DNA of 64,000 nt from Proteromonas lacertae (GCA_002245135.1 NGBS01000002.1:1-64000); one strand, 5' to 3'; counted from the first letter of the stretch, positions 1-12,311 are shown. Numbers and translations: made by a program. The notes: generated from the sequence alone by a model not told the origin.

Positions 1-54
1 AATTGTTGTTGATAAGTCAAATTTAGTATTATGCAATATATAATTGATTTCTAG

Positions 55-331
55 AATGTTGTTGTTAATGATTTCAATTATGATGTTCCTTCAAGAAGAA
101 GGGGAAAGAAAAGTATATCAACTCCTTAAATTATCGATATATAGAGCTCAGGTAACAAAAAATGGATGATAAAGAAACAAAACTATTTTACAAAGTATTA
201 AGACAATGTGGAACTTTTTCACTAATGGAGACATTTCTGCCTGGTCGAACGAGAAAGAAATAAAAAATAAATATAGGAAGGAGGAAAGGCTGCATAAAGA
301 GCTAATTGAAGAAACATTGTCTATTCGTTAA
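55..331 (+). CDS. 3' end of a Bdp1 (TFIIIB B'' subunit)-like SANT/Myb-domain gene; partial, with small indels
   Basis: Joining frames gives KKW-DDKETKLFYKVLRQCGT-FSLMETFLPGRTR-KEIKNKYRKEERLHKELIEETLSIR*, which resembles the Bdp1 Myb pattern W..eET..FY.aL...GTDF..i...fP.RtR..iK.KfkkEE. It needs +1 corrections near 165 and 255. Short GT..AG intron at ~113-144; TAA at 329-331. Confidence 0.6.
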
Positions 332-489
332 TTTATTTAGTTTTTTTAAGTAGTGTTTGTTTAATTACAATTAATAAAAAATTCTGAAAGAATAAAATGT
401 GTATAAGATATGTATTTTAAAATGTTTTATAATTAGTTGAAATAATATGCCTATAAGCGTCTATCAAGATATATTATTTTTATGATTGT

Positions 490-1262
490 GCATCTAGCTA
501 GGATTTACGGATACTCGTCCCTATTATTGTTCCTTCTCAAACCTTCCTTTTTTATCAGTTTCATCCTTCTTGATTTGCTTTTTTGGAGGTATTCGAACCT
601 TTTTACATTTCTGCAGTATATGCACAGCTTTCCTACCTCGTATTGGTTTCGTTTATAAGAATAACGGATGTAGGAATACATATCTTTTAGGTGTTTAAGT
701 CTGTCACAAGGGTATAGCTTTTTTGCCTTGTCTTTCTTTGCCTTTGACTTACTTCTTGTACTAACGGAACCTAGCGATGATTCACTTTTCTCCCAGTCTA
801 CTAATTGGCTAACACTGTCATATTTAGCAATAGCACAGTCTATGCATAGAAAACCATCACAGCCATCTCCAAAGCATTCGACTATTGACGAGCTGTTGTA
901 GCACTTTGTACAATTTACTCTTTCTTCTAAAGTCTGATATTTTTATTGATTTCTCTAGATTCGATATACCATCGTTTTCTTTATCTATAATTATTTCGTC
1001 TCTTATGTCATTGATTTTTTTGGTTCCGTTTCTCTTTCCGGCTTCTTACATTTATAGTGATTGTTGGTAGTAATTCTGGAGTTAGCGTATGCATATATAC
1101 TCTCGAATTGATAGGTATAATAGGATTTTGCAATCCGTCACTGGTTTGTCATCTACTGAAATGGAATTTGGTTATTAGTGACATTGCTTGAGTCGTTACT
1201 AAGCAGGGGGTATACCACACATTCCTATCATTAACCTTGTAGAATGCTGATGTGTGTTGCAT
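490..1262 (-). CDS. Hypothetical Cys-rich (zinc-finger/PHD-like) protein, frameshifted or pseudogenised
   Basis: Minus strand reads NCTKCYNSSSIVECFGDGCDGFLCIDCAIAKY... (~915-820) and, after a frame change, PCDRLKHLKDMY...GKLCIYCRNVKRF (~712-595). Candidate ATG at 1262. Boundaries are uncertain. Confidence 0.35.
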
Positions 1263-2261
1263 TTCAAAACTGAAAAAAGATACAATGTCGAGCTTTCATC
1301 AAGCAAATGAAAAATTTTCTATACTATAATATCATCATAATTTTCTTCTAAAAAATTCTTTCAATCACATATATTAATTATTTATCATCATTTTGCTACA
1401 CAAATAAAGAAAATATTAGTTATCATAAATGTTTATAATTTTTCAACTACTTAATTCATAAAAAATATCAATGTCCAGCATCTCTACTAATATCATGAAA
1501 TGCTTGACAAAATTTTTCATTTTTACATGTTAAAATGAGTTAGAACAAAATCAAGCATTTTAAGCTTAAATAAGTAAGCATTAATAATATAATATAGTCA
1601 ACATGCCTATAATCTGCTTTCATAATCGTCATCGCTATATAATTCACTTCTCTTACGCTTACCTCTTCTATGTCTCTTCTTAAGTCATTGCCGCTATATG
1701 CAATAAAAATTATACAATTCTCCTAAGTGCTTCTTAACTCTCATTCCATTCAGTTATCGTTAGAGAATCAACATAACTCCTATCATCAACTCGTAGAAGC
1801 AGTAACCTTCCTTTTTCATTGATTTGATCCAGAGGATATGGAAGATGACTTCTATTATCTTTGTCACTCCTTGAAATATTTAATTTGGAAAAAAATACAA
1901 TCACATCTAACCCATCAAACTATATATAAGACATAATAATAATACACTTCCTAAGTATTTTGGCTGACCTTTCAAGTATCTTACAATATCTTCCTCACTC
2001 TTCATTTCTGTTAAAGATTTTACTATAAACATAACCATATTAAAAAGATATCTTAATAAATTTCTGCTTCATTTCACCTGTTTCTTATATACTATACCTT
2101 TGCATAACGCATTATTAGTGAATTTTAGGAGAGGTAACATATTATAATTCTGTGGCATAATCATTGGAAAATATTCTCTAAAAGTAGGGTAAAAATAATA
2201 AACATAGGAAATATATAAGTATACTCTAAAATAAGATAATTTTAAATGCTGTTGTTGTGTG

Positions 2262-4762
2262 GTGGTAGTAGTGCTTCACTAGTCTTCTTAACCTTCTTAC
2301 TTTCATCATCAGATTCATCTTCTTTTCCTTTCACTTTCTTATGTCTATGATATGGTCTCTCTTTGGTTTGACATAATTATATTCTTCATCTGCTTCATCT
2401 TCAATAGCTCCATCATCTTTTTCATCACCTATTTTCTCTTTCTTGTGACTATTAAGTCTGTAAGGACGTCTGCTATAATGACGGCCTCTATGTGGCTTTT
2501 TATTGCTACAAAAAATAATGCAATAAGGAATTAAATATACTTGTCGATTTTTAAAGTCAGGGTTTTTCTAAAAAGAATATATATATATAGTAAAAATATA
2601 CTTGTTAATAACTCGTTTTAGTGGAATTGTAATTGTATATGTTCTTGGTTGAGGATTTGAAGTACTAAAAGCAAATAAATAGATAGTGTAAATACTCAAC
2701 AATACGAAATGCCATTGTTCTATGTTGTTTACAAAATGTTTTGAATAAACTTCTATTTAAATATATAAATACATATATATTCGTTATAAAAATACAAATC
2801 TTCATCTGTAACTGTATCAGAATAGTCATCTTCATCTTCATAGTCATTTTCATCATCTTCCTTGTCAACATCTTTTTCACCTTCTTTACTTTCATCATCA
2901 CTTTCATCATCATCATCATCTACATCTTTCATATTCTTCTTTTTCTCATCATTATTTTCTTCATCTTCTTCTACTTTTGCTTTTGTTTATTTCCACTACT
3001 TCTTCAACTCTTTTTCCTCTTTTTTATCTATTCTCACAACTCTATTCTTACTTTCTCTTTTATTCTCTATTTCTTCATCTTCTTCTTCATTATACTCTTC
3101 ATCTTCTATTTTCTTCCTTTTTAATCTTCTTCTTTCATTTTCTTCTTCCTCATCTTCTTCCATTTGTCTTAATCTCTCAGCTTTTATCTTCTCCTCTATC
3201 TCTCTTTCAGCTTTCTCTTCTTTTTCTTTTCTTTTTCTTTCTTTTTCTTCCTCTCTTTTCAATTTCTCCATTCTCCTTCTCATCTTTTCTTCCTGTTTTA
3301 TTCTTTCTTGTTTGATTCTTTCTTCTCTTTTTTCTTCTTCTCTTTTCAAGTATTGTTCTTCAGTCAAATCATCACTACTACTACTATCACTCTCAGGTCT
3401 ATATCCTGAAACATCAATTTCTTTACTATATATATATACAAATATATATATAATATACTATGGTTTTCTTAATGGAATTTTTCCTCTTGGTGACACTGAT
3501 GTTGCAACACTTCTGGAACGTCTGAAATAAATATCATTGGAAGGTCTATTAGATTTACTTCTTCCTCTATAACTTCTCATTGGAATATGATAACTAATAT
3601 TATATAATAATAATAATAATATACTAACATTTAGGATCTCTTCTATATCTGTCTTTCTCTCCATAATATATAGATGTTGGATAATTACAGTTTTCACCTA
3701 ATTTAGGTGATGTTTGAACTTCATGTTCTGATCTTGAAGATGGAGATAATGGTCTAATATTTGGTGAAGAAATATTTAAGTCAATCTCAGGAATAGAATC
3801 ATTATCATCATCATACTTACTTGTGTTGATGTAATCCAAACTTAAATCCATAGATGATTCATCTAAATAATTAGTTTGAAAACTACTATTTTTACTTTCA
3901 TTAACACTACTACCTGTGCTTATTCTAGTACTATGTCTTGTTTGGATTTGATATGTTCTTGGTCTTGGAGAGTCAGTCTTTATATGATCAAAACTATTAC
4001 TATTCTCATTTCTCAGAGACGATGAGAATGATAAATCTGCTATCGAAGAAGAAGAAGAAGAAGAAGTATTTGGTGTAAATGTAGAAGTATTAACATCAAC
4101 TGAATCATTGACAGAAGATGTGGATGACCTTAATGTTGTTGGTGCTGTTGTAATTGATGGTGGTGTTGGTGAATTATTCATGAATGATGAAGTACTGGAT
4201 GAAAGTAATTTCTGCTCTGTTGTTGTAATTGATGGAGGTATTTGTTGTTGATGTTGTTGTTGTAATAATGATAAATTATTCATTAATACTTTTCTTTTCT
4301 TTATTTTCTCTCTATAATAAGCAGCTGGATTTAATGGAGAATAACCTTTTGGCCTACCACGTTTTCTAACTTCAGGTTGTTGTACTATTATATTTGATGA
4401 TGCTGCTGCTGTTATCATATGTGGATTAGATATATTATCCATTAATCTAACACTGCTAAAAGATACTGAACTATTTTCAGCATTAACCTTAGTCGGTTGG
4501 TTTTGTTTATCATAATTTGTTTTCCTATTTTTTTAAATAAAAAATAAATTATTTATACGTAATTAGAGTATTATTATTATTCAATGAAGAATAGAAACTA
4601 TAAAAAAACAATTATTAAAAAATACATATCAGGAGGAGTTGGTAAACTAACTGCACTAGTAGAATTTTGATTATTTGTTTTATTATCTGTATTAAGTACT
4701 TTTGGTTGATGATTGTCTTCTTCTTTATCTCTTTTTATTTCAGTTGCATTCGATTCTGCCAT
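2262..4762 (-). CDS. Multi-exon hypothetical low-complexity nuclear protein with an AT-hook and Glu/Lys/Arg-rich coiled-coil
   Basis: ORF 4442-3624 has RKRGRPKG (AT-hook) and Ser/Thr/Gln-rich tracts. ORF 3367-2996 is E/K/R-rich, and 2919-2800 is acidic. These are separated by AT-rich GT..AG intron-like gaps (e.g. ~3594-3623, ~3427-3458). Candidate ATG at 4762 (MAESNATEIKRDKEED). Exact exon structure and 3' end are not resolved. Confidence 0.45.
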
Positions 4763-4957
4763 ATTAGTACAGGTTCTTTTAAAAGTTTGATTAATTTTCT
4801 AATTGTATTTCAATGTTTAAAAAAAATATTTTCAATGATAGATTCCACGATCTGAGTTTTTAATCGCATTATTTCAAAAATGTAATTTAAAATATCCCTT
4901 TTCCAAACAAAAAAATATAGCAATAATAACCAATCATAATTATATTGTTAGTTTTCT

Positions 4958-6775
4958 TTATACTCCTATATGAATAGAGTCATCCTGAAATTCTACTTTA
5001 TCTTTCAACTCTGCCAAGAATTTATCAGTTCTTTCATTGTCGAGTCCACACTCCTTCAAATTAGCAGGAGTAAACCAAGCAGGATCGATACACTTCTCAC
5101 ATATCACTCTAACCAACAATTGACTAGAAAAATCATGTATTCTAGGTATATCCACACTCAAATCATTATAACATTCGAAGAATTTCTTCAAGCCATCAAA
5201 GAAATTCTCAGGTGTGACTAATTTGCTTTTCACACAATCACAAAGTAACACATCTAACTTTTCAATCTTATCATCTTTCTCAGTACCATACATCATAGTC
5301 TCTTTAATAAATAAAGATTGGTAATTGACATTAGTTTTACATAACTTTGTTATATTGGTAAGATTACCATCTTCTATATAATAGTTGACAGCATCTATTA
5401 TCTCTTCTTTAGCTTTATTCTCATCAACTGGTAAGTTGCTATTATTATTATTGTCTTTTGCATTATTATTATTATCTTTCTTATCCTTCTTATTCTTATT
5501 CTGTTTCTTAAAGTTCTTCTTTTTATTGTTGTTTTTATTAGATTTAGCTTTCTTATTTGCACTTAAATCTATCCAATCATCTTTATCAGCTGTATCATCA
5601 TCATCATAAACTGTTCTTACAAACTCAGATCGACTATAATGTAAGTTATGTCTCATATCATCATCAGTAATCTGTGGTGCACTTGCTTCTAAATCACTTA
5701 ATAATTTCATTTGATCTTTTATTTTACTTTTAGAAATTACCCAATCAGCTTCTTCTAAATCTAAAATATCTTTTATTAAATAGATTATTCTACTATGGTA
5801 TTTAGTTTCATCTTTTTCTTCAGCTATTTTCTTCAAGAATTGATGTGCATCATTTACTATTTTCTCAGCTTCAGTGATCTTCAATAATGGTAAGGCTGTA
5901 ATGGTTAATATATTACATAAAGACTCTACATTTAGTTCATTTGGCTCTGTCATTATATCACTAATTAACAAAGTAATTAATCGCTTTGGTACTACTTTAA
6001 CAATACAGAGATAAGATATAAATATGGATAAATTAATATGATTCTTATTATATAAATCAGTTCGATATTCAATCTCTTCTTTATTTGCATCTTTGAATGA
6101 TGATGTATCTAATTCAGTGTAATATTCTGATTTACATTCATTCAATAACATTGTTCTGAAACTTTCTGCTATCTTTGGATGAGTGGCTTTACAGTAATTA
6201 ATTGTCTTGAAACATAAATGTGCATACATTACTACGAAATCTGGATCATCAATTGCTTTGGTTACTAACAGGTAAACTATCTCTTTTAATTCATTCTCTC
6301 CTTTAATACATGTTACTACGAAATCTAATGATAGATCTGGATAGTTATCCTTTGTTATTTTGTTCAAAATACTTCGAATTTGACTGCATGGTCCTTCTTT
6401 TTCTCCTTGACCTTTCATCCACTTTCTTTCTGCATTGTGTAATTCGTGACTTACTTTAGCACGAATGACTGGCATTAAATCTTTGGGTAAATCTGGTTTT
6501 TCTTGGTATTTTTCTTTCAACTATTTGAATTAAATAATAATATTAAAGAATACTGCAAGTGTCATTTCAATGTAATTGCTAAGAGCATTGTTTCTCTCTT
6601 CTAAGTGATAAGGTGAATTAGTGATATCCTATAAAAAATAATAAACAAAAGTAATACAATTTGAGGTAAGGAAGATTCTTCTGCAACTTGTGGTGCTATA
6701 ACAACATAAAACGAGTGACATACCTGCTGGTGCATCAGTTTTAGCTGTCTTTGTGTTCTTATTTTTTCCTGGCAT
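4958..6775 (-). CDS. eIF4G-family protein (MIF4G + MA3/W2-like HEAT domains), 4 exons
   Basis: QIRSILNKITKDNY...KAIDDPDFVVMYAHLC...FRTMLLNECK...SRIIYLIKDILDL is the MIF4G signature. The C-terminal FFDGLKKFFECYNDLSVDIPR is MA3-like. ATG 6775 (MPGKNKNTKTAK) is joined by three ~28-33 nt GT-AG introns to ORF 6520-4958. Confidence 0.8.
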
Positions 6776-6935
6776 TGCTATTTAGCATAATACAATACAA
6801 ATATACTTTCTAGTTTCTAATGAAATGCAACAATCCCAATTAGGGGTACGAAAATATTATGAGGCCTAAAAAAGTATACTTTAGCAATTAAATTGCAGGA
6901 ACTAAATTTTATTCATTATTTCTTTATTATTTCTG

Positions 6936-9432
6936 ATGGCAAGTGAAGAAGCAAAGAATTTAATCACAAAAATCAATCTTGAGCCTAAAACTGTGGATAA
7001 TATCTTGAGAAATCAGAAAGTTACAAGTATATTGAAGTGATTAATCTTTAGCTGATCTCGTAAATACCATCAAAGAAGCTGGTGCAACTGAAGGATGTGA
7101 AAAAGCAATTGGTAATCTATTGTATGTCTATGAATAATATTTCCGTAGATACGCAGTATCAACAAAAGTCCCAGATTCTGCTGTATCTCATCGTGCAACC
7201 TTAGCAAAATACGTTTATGAAGGAAAAATTAAAACCAACTTTCAATTGGAAAGTGCAGTTTCTTATGTTAAAAGTTTACCAAGCGGAGATGCCGTATATT
7301 TACATATATTTATTCAATTATAGATTGATATACCAACCTTAGAAGAAAAAGCTGGTGTAGGAATCGATATAACCAAAGAAGAATTAGAAAAAACAGTAAA
7401 TGATTCAATTGAAAGTGTAAAAGATGAATTGATCAAACAAAGATATCAATATAACCTTGGTTCTATTCTATTCAAATTGAAAGAAGGCAGAATGAAGTGG
7501 GCAGATGGTAAACAAATGAAAGATTTAGTTGATGCAAAGATATTATCATTGTTGGGTCCAAAGAATGATGAAGATGTTAAAATAGCCAATGAAGCTAAAG
7601 CCAATAAGAAGAAAGCCTCTAAAGCAGCAGCAGGTAGTGGTAATAGTAATACAGAAGCCACAAAAACTGAAGAAAATCCAATTGATACAGTATTTGCAGC
7701 AAGAGATATGGCCAGTGCAAAGAATAGTGCCAAATTATTAGCAGAACATCAGAAAGTAACTGGTGGATTAATCTATACACGTTTTCCACCAGAACCTAAT
7801 GGATATATTCATATAGGTCATGCTAAATCAATGTATTTAAACTTCAAAGCTGCCTTTGAGTTTGCTAAGAAGAAAGGAGGTTGTATATTTAGATATGATG
7901 ATACAAATCCAGAAGCTGAAAGTAAAGAATATATTGATAGTATATGGGAAGATGTAAAATGGATGGGTTGGACTCCAATGAAAGTCACTTACTCCTCAGA
8001 TTACTTTGATCAATTATATGAATATGCTATTCAATTGATCAAAATGGGTAAAGCTTATGTTTGTCATCAGAATAAAGAAGAAATGAGAAGATCTAGAGAA
8101 ATGGCTCGAGAATTAAATACACCAGGAGGTAGAAGGGATTTAGTACCAGAAAGTCCATGGAGAAATCGAACAGTTGAAGAAAACTTGAAATTATTCAATG
8201 ATATGAGAATGGGAATGTATGAAGAAGGAGCTGCCACTTTAAGATTAAAAATGGATATGAGAAATGTCAATCCTTGTATGTGGGATCCAGTAGCTTATCG
8301 TATTAAATACGTAACCCATCCACATGTTGGTGATAAGTGGTGTATATATCCATCATACGATTTCTCACATTGCATTATCGATTCACTCGAAAATATTGAT
8401 TATTCATTATGTACATTAGAGTTTGAGACTAGAAGACAGACTTATTATTGGGTATTAGAACAATTGAATATATGGAGAGCTTATGTATGGGAATTTGGTA
8501 GATTGAATATCACTAATACTGTTATGTCTAAGAGAAAGTTGAGATATTTGGTATTTAACCATTATGTTAGAGGATGGGATGATCCAAGTATATATATATT
8601 ATGTATTTATTTATTTAATTTGTATATAGGAATGCCTACAGTGAAAGCATATCGTCGTTTAGGTTTTACACCTGAATCAATTAATAGTTTCTGTAATGAA
8701 GTCAGTATCACTAGAACTACAACCACCAATACAGAACATTCATTATTAGATCATCATTGTAGATTACATTTAGATGAAATTGCACCAAGAGGTTTTGCTG
8801 TATTAGAACCAATTAAATTGATTATTACTAATTATCCAGAGGATAAGATCGATACTATTGAAGTACCCAATCATCCAAGACATCCTGAGATGGGAAAACA
8901 TACAATTTATATACAAAAGACATGTTATATTGATAGTAGTGATTTTAAGAAAGAAGATGAAAAGAAGTTTTTAGGTTTAGCTCCAGGTAAAATTGCTGCT
9001 TTGAAATATGCATTTGATGTGAAATGTACTAAATATGACACTGATGATAAAGGCAATGTCACATGTGTGTATGTTGAAAAAGTCAATGATTCTATTGATA
9101 CATCCAACAAAGATGCAAATAAGAAGAAAGGCGCTATTCATTGGGTATGTGCTTCTACATTAAATGGTATGCCTCATACTGCTGAAGCTAGATTGTATGA
9201 ACATTTGTTCTTAGATGAAAATCCAGGTGAATTAGGAGATGATTGGTTAGAACATCTTAATCCAAACAGTGAAAGAATATTACCAGCCATATATCTTGAT
9301 GATTATGTTGCTAAAGCCAAGAAGGGTGATAGATATCAATTTGAACGTGTTGGATATTTCATAATAGATCAAGATACAACCTCTGATCACCTTGTTTTCA
9401 ATAGAACAATCCGATTAAAAACTCAAAAGTAA
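6936..9432 (+). CDS. QARS1: Glutaminyl-tRNA synthetase (eukaryotic type with N-terminal extension), 5 exons
   Basis: TRFPPEPNGYIHIGHAK (HIGH motif), DDTNP, VMSKRK (KMSKS equivalent) and QFERVGYF. ATG 6936 plus short introns at 7027-7051, ~7123-7148 and ~7294-7323, and an in-frame intron at 8588-8629. Confidence 0.95.
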
Positions 9433-9640
9433 GAATTTAAAGAAAACTAATGAAAATGTTTTATTTTGATTATTTTGTTTTATATGAGAGAGATAAATCA
9501 AACAGAATGAGAAATCTAAACCAGATTATTATTTTTTAAAATAGTCTTTATTACAAGATATGCGAATATCAACATTAAATGTGAGGATGTTAAGTATATA
9601 TCATGTTAATTAACGAATATAAAATTTGAAACAAAAACAA

Positions 9641-9659
9641 CCAATAATATTGAACCAAG
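9641..9659 (+). promoter_or_regulatory. ERSE-like element (CCAAT-N9-CCAAG) upstream of GRP94
   Basis: ccaat aatattgaa ccaag: exact CCAAT-N9 spacing and one mismatch to the ER stress element CCAAT-N9-CCACG, ~130 bp before the GRP94 ATG. Confidence 0.45.
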
Positions 9660-9664
9660 TGTTT

Positions 9665-9679
9665 AGAAAGTTCTAGAAG
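9665..9679 (+). promoter_or_regulatory. Perfect heat-shock element nGAAnnTTCnnGAAn upstream of GRP94
   Basis: aGAAagTTCtaGAAg at 9665-9679. A second partial aGAAgaTTCc at 9700-9709 is directly followed by TATATAAAAA (9710-9719). Confidence 0.6.
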
Positions 9680-9785
9680 GTGAAAAATGAACTTTATATA
9701 GAAGATTCCTATATAAAAATATTTTAAGTTCATTACCCCTTAATTATAGTTTTTTTTTTGTTTTATCAAATATTAGATTAGAATT

Positions 9786-12311
9786 ATGGCTAATCGACTT
9801 CCAATTATCCTCTTTGCAACATTTGTTGCATTTGCTTTCTTATTACCAGCTATTACACCAGTTGCAATGGCTGAGGATGATGTAAATGGTCAAGCAGACT
9901 TCAAAACACCCTCTCAAACCGATACTGAAACTGCCAAAAAGGAAGCTGAATCAATTAGCAGTGATGACGCTGGAAACGGCGACTTATCAGCTGATGAAGA
10001 GAAGAAATTAGAAGGTGCTATGGAACAGTTCGAATTTCAAGCAGAAGTAAATCGTATGATGGATATTTTGATCAACTCATTATACCAAAATAAAGATATC
10101 TTCTTAAGAGAATTGATTTCAAATGGTTCCGATGCTTTGGATAAAATCCGTTTACAATCAGTAAAAGATGACTCAGTTCTTGGTGAACAAAGAGAATTAG
10201 AAATCAGAATTTCATATGATGAAGAAGCAAAGACAATTACACTCCGTGATACAGGTTGTGGTATGACAAAGAAGGAACTTATTGAAAATCTTGGTACTGT
10301 TGCCAAATCAGGAACTTCCGCTTTCATTGAACAAATGCAAGCTGCCAATGATATTTCCTTAATTGGTCAATTTGGTGTAGGTTTCTATTCAGTTTATTTA
10401 GTAGCTGATAAAGTCAGAGTTATCTCCAAACACAACGATGATGCTCAATACATCTGGGAATCAACTGCTGATAGTACTTTCAGTATTGCTGAAGATCCAA
10501 GAGGTGATACATTAGGAAGAGGTACAATGATCATCTTAACCTTAAAAGAAGATGCTAAAGAATTCTTAAACCAATACAGATTAGAAACTTTATTAAAGAA
10601 ATATTCTGAATTTATTAACTTCCCAATCTATTTAAGAGAATCACACGAAGAAGAAGTAGATGCTGAAGAAACAACTAGTGATGATAAAGAAGAAGAAACC
10701 ACAAAAGAAGATGAAGAAAAGAGTGAAGATGATTTAGAAACAAAAGACGAAGATAAGAAAGACAAAAAAGAAGAAAAGAAGAAAGTAAAGAAAACTGTCT
10801 ATGATTGGAAATTAATCAATGAACAAAAAGCCATTTGGACAAGAGATAAGAGTGAAATTACTGATGAAGAATACAGATCATTCTACAAGAGTTTAACAAA
10901 GGATTATCAAGATCCAAGAACATGGATTCACTTCAAAGCTGAAGGTGATGTTGAATTTAAAGGTATTTTATACTTACCACAAGAAGCTCCAAGAGATATG
11001 TTTGATAATTATTATTCTAAAAGTACTTCAGTTAGATTATATGTAAGAAAAGTATTAGTGTCTGATAAATTTGAAGATTTATTACCAAGATATTTGAACT
11101 TCATTAAGGGTGTTTTAGATAGTGATGATTTACCACTGAATGTATCAAGAGAAACATTACAACAAGATAAAGTATTGAAAGTCATCTCAAAGAAAGTGGT
11201 AAGAAAAGTATTAGAAATGTTAAAGAAATTAGCTGCTGAAGAAGAAGAAGAAAAAGAAGATTCTGAAAAGAAGGAGGAAGAAACTGAAAAGAAAGAAGGT
11301 GAAGAAGAAGAAGCAAAAGACAAGAAAGAAGATAAGAAAGAAAAGAATGAATATATGGAATTCTGGAAACAATTTGGTAAAAACATCAAATTAGGTGTAA
11401 TTGAAGATGCATCAAACAGAAACAAATTAACAAAATTATTAAGATATCAAACCAACAAATCAAAGGGTGAATATATCTCAATTGATCAATACATTAAGAG
11501 AATGAAGGAATGGCAAGATACAGTCTATTACATCGCTGGTGATAGCTTAGAAGCTGTAGAAAAGAGTATCTTCTTAGAAAAATTCAATAAGAAAGATGTT
11601 GAAGTATTATATATGACTGATCCAATGGATGAATATGCTGTACAACATATGAATGAATATGATGGTAAGAAATTACAAAGTATTACCAAAGAAGGTGTTA
11701 AATTCGGAGATGAAGGTAAAACAGAAGAAAAGAGATTAAAGATGTATGAAGAAAACTTCTCCACATTAACAAGATGGATGAAAGAACAATTTGGTAATAA
11801 AGTAGAAAAAGTTGAAGTATCAACCAATTTAGAAAATTCACCAGCTGTTATGGTTACATCCTCCACTGGTTACTCTGCTAATATGGAAAGAATTGTAAAG
11901 AGTCAAGCCTTTGCTAATCAACAAGAAATTAAATACAACTTAGCTAAGAGAATTGTCCAAATCAACCCAAGACATCCAATTATTGTAAGATTAAATGATT
12001 TAGTAACTCAAGATGAAAGCTCAACTGAAGCTAAAGATATAGCATGGTATATTCATGATAGTTGTGTAATGAATGCTGGTTTTATTGTTGATGAACCAAA
12101 AGATATTTCTGAAAGAATGTACAGACTTATTCAAAAATCATTAGAATTAGAGAGCTTAGAATTAGAACCAGAAATTGAAGTACCAGAAGATGAACCAGAA
12201 GAAGAAGATACTGGTGAAGAAAACAATGAAGAAAGTGGTGACGAGAATAAGGAGGAAGAAGAGAAGAAAGAAGAAGAATCTGAAGAAGAAAAGAAGGAAG
12301 ATGAACTTTAA
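9786..12311 (+). CDS. HSP90B1: Endoplasmin / GRP94 (ER HSP90), intronless
   Basis: Hydrophobic signal peptide, FEFQAEVNRMMDILINSLYQNKDIFLRELISNGSDALDKIR, LIGQFGVGFYS and LPLNVSRETLQ motifs, and a C-terminal ER-retention-like EDEL. Confidence 0.97.
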   Translation: MANRLPIILFATFVAFAFLLPAITPVAMAEDDVNGQADFKTPSQTDTETAKKEAESISSDDAGNGDLSADEEKKLEGAMEQFEFQAEVNRMMDILINSLYQNKDIFLRELISNGSDALDKIRLQSVKDDSVLGEQRELEIRISYDEEAKTITLRDTGCGMTKKELIENLGTVAKSGTSAFIEQMQAANDISLIGQFGVGFYSVYLVADKVRVISKHNDDAQYIWESTADSTFSIAEDPRGDTLGRGTMIILTLKEDAKEFLNQYRLETLLKKYSEFINFPIYLRESHEEEVDAEETTSDDKEEETTKEDEEKSEDDLETKDEDKKDKKEEKKKVKKTVYDWKLINEQKAIWTRDKSEITDEEYRSFYKSLTKDYQDPRTWIHFKAEGDVEFKGILYLPQEAPRDMFDNYYSKSTSVRLYVRKVLVSDKFEDLLPRYLNFIKGVLDSDDLPLNVSRETLQQDKVLKVISKKVVRKVLEMLKKLAAEEEEEKEDSEKKEEETEKKEGEEEEAKDKKEDKKEKNEYMEFWKQFGKNIKLGVIEDASNRNKLTKLLRYQTNKSKGEYISIDQYIKRMKEWQDTVYYIAGDSLEAVEKSIFLEKFNKKDVEVLYMTDPMDEYAVQHMNEYDGKKLQSITKEGVKFGDEGKTEEKRLKMYEENFSTLTRWMKEQFGNKVEKVEVSTNLENSPAVMVTSSTGYSANMERIVKSQAFANQQEIKYNLAKRIVQINPRHPIIVRLNDLVTQDESSTEAKDIAWYIHDSCVMNAGFIVDEPKDISERMYRLIQKSLELESLELEPEIEVPEDEPEEEDTGEENNEESGDENKEEEEKKEEESEEEKKEDEL

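Noticed and set aside
1600..2260. Possible additional minus-strand exons or small gene
   Set aside because: Coding-like patches and intron-like gaps are present, but I could not build a consistent frame or recognise any motif.
2741..3530. Plus-strand Phe/Ser/Leu-rich 'membrane protein' ORFs
   Set aside because: Reverse complement of the GAA/AAA-rich Glu/Lys coding exons on the minus strand.
4046..4066. (GAA)n microsatellite
   Set aside because: Simply encodes a poly-Ser tract in the minus-strand low-complexity protein.
10037..11866. Minus-strand ORFs inside GRP94 (and similar ones inside GlnRS and eIF4G)
   Set aside because: Antisense shadows of well-supported conserved genes.
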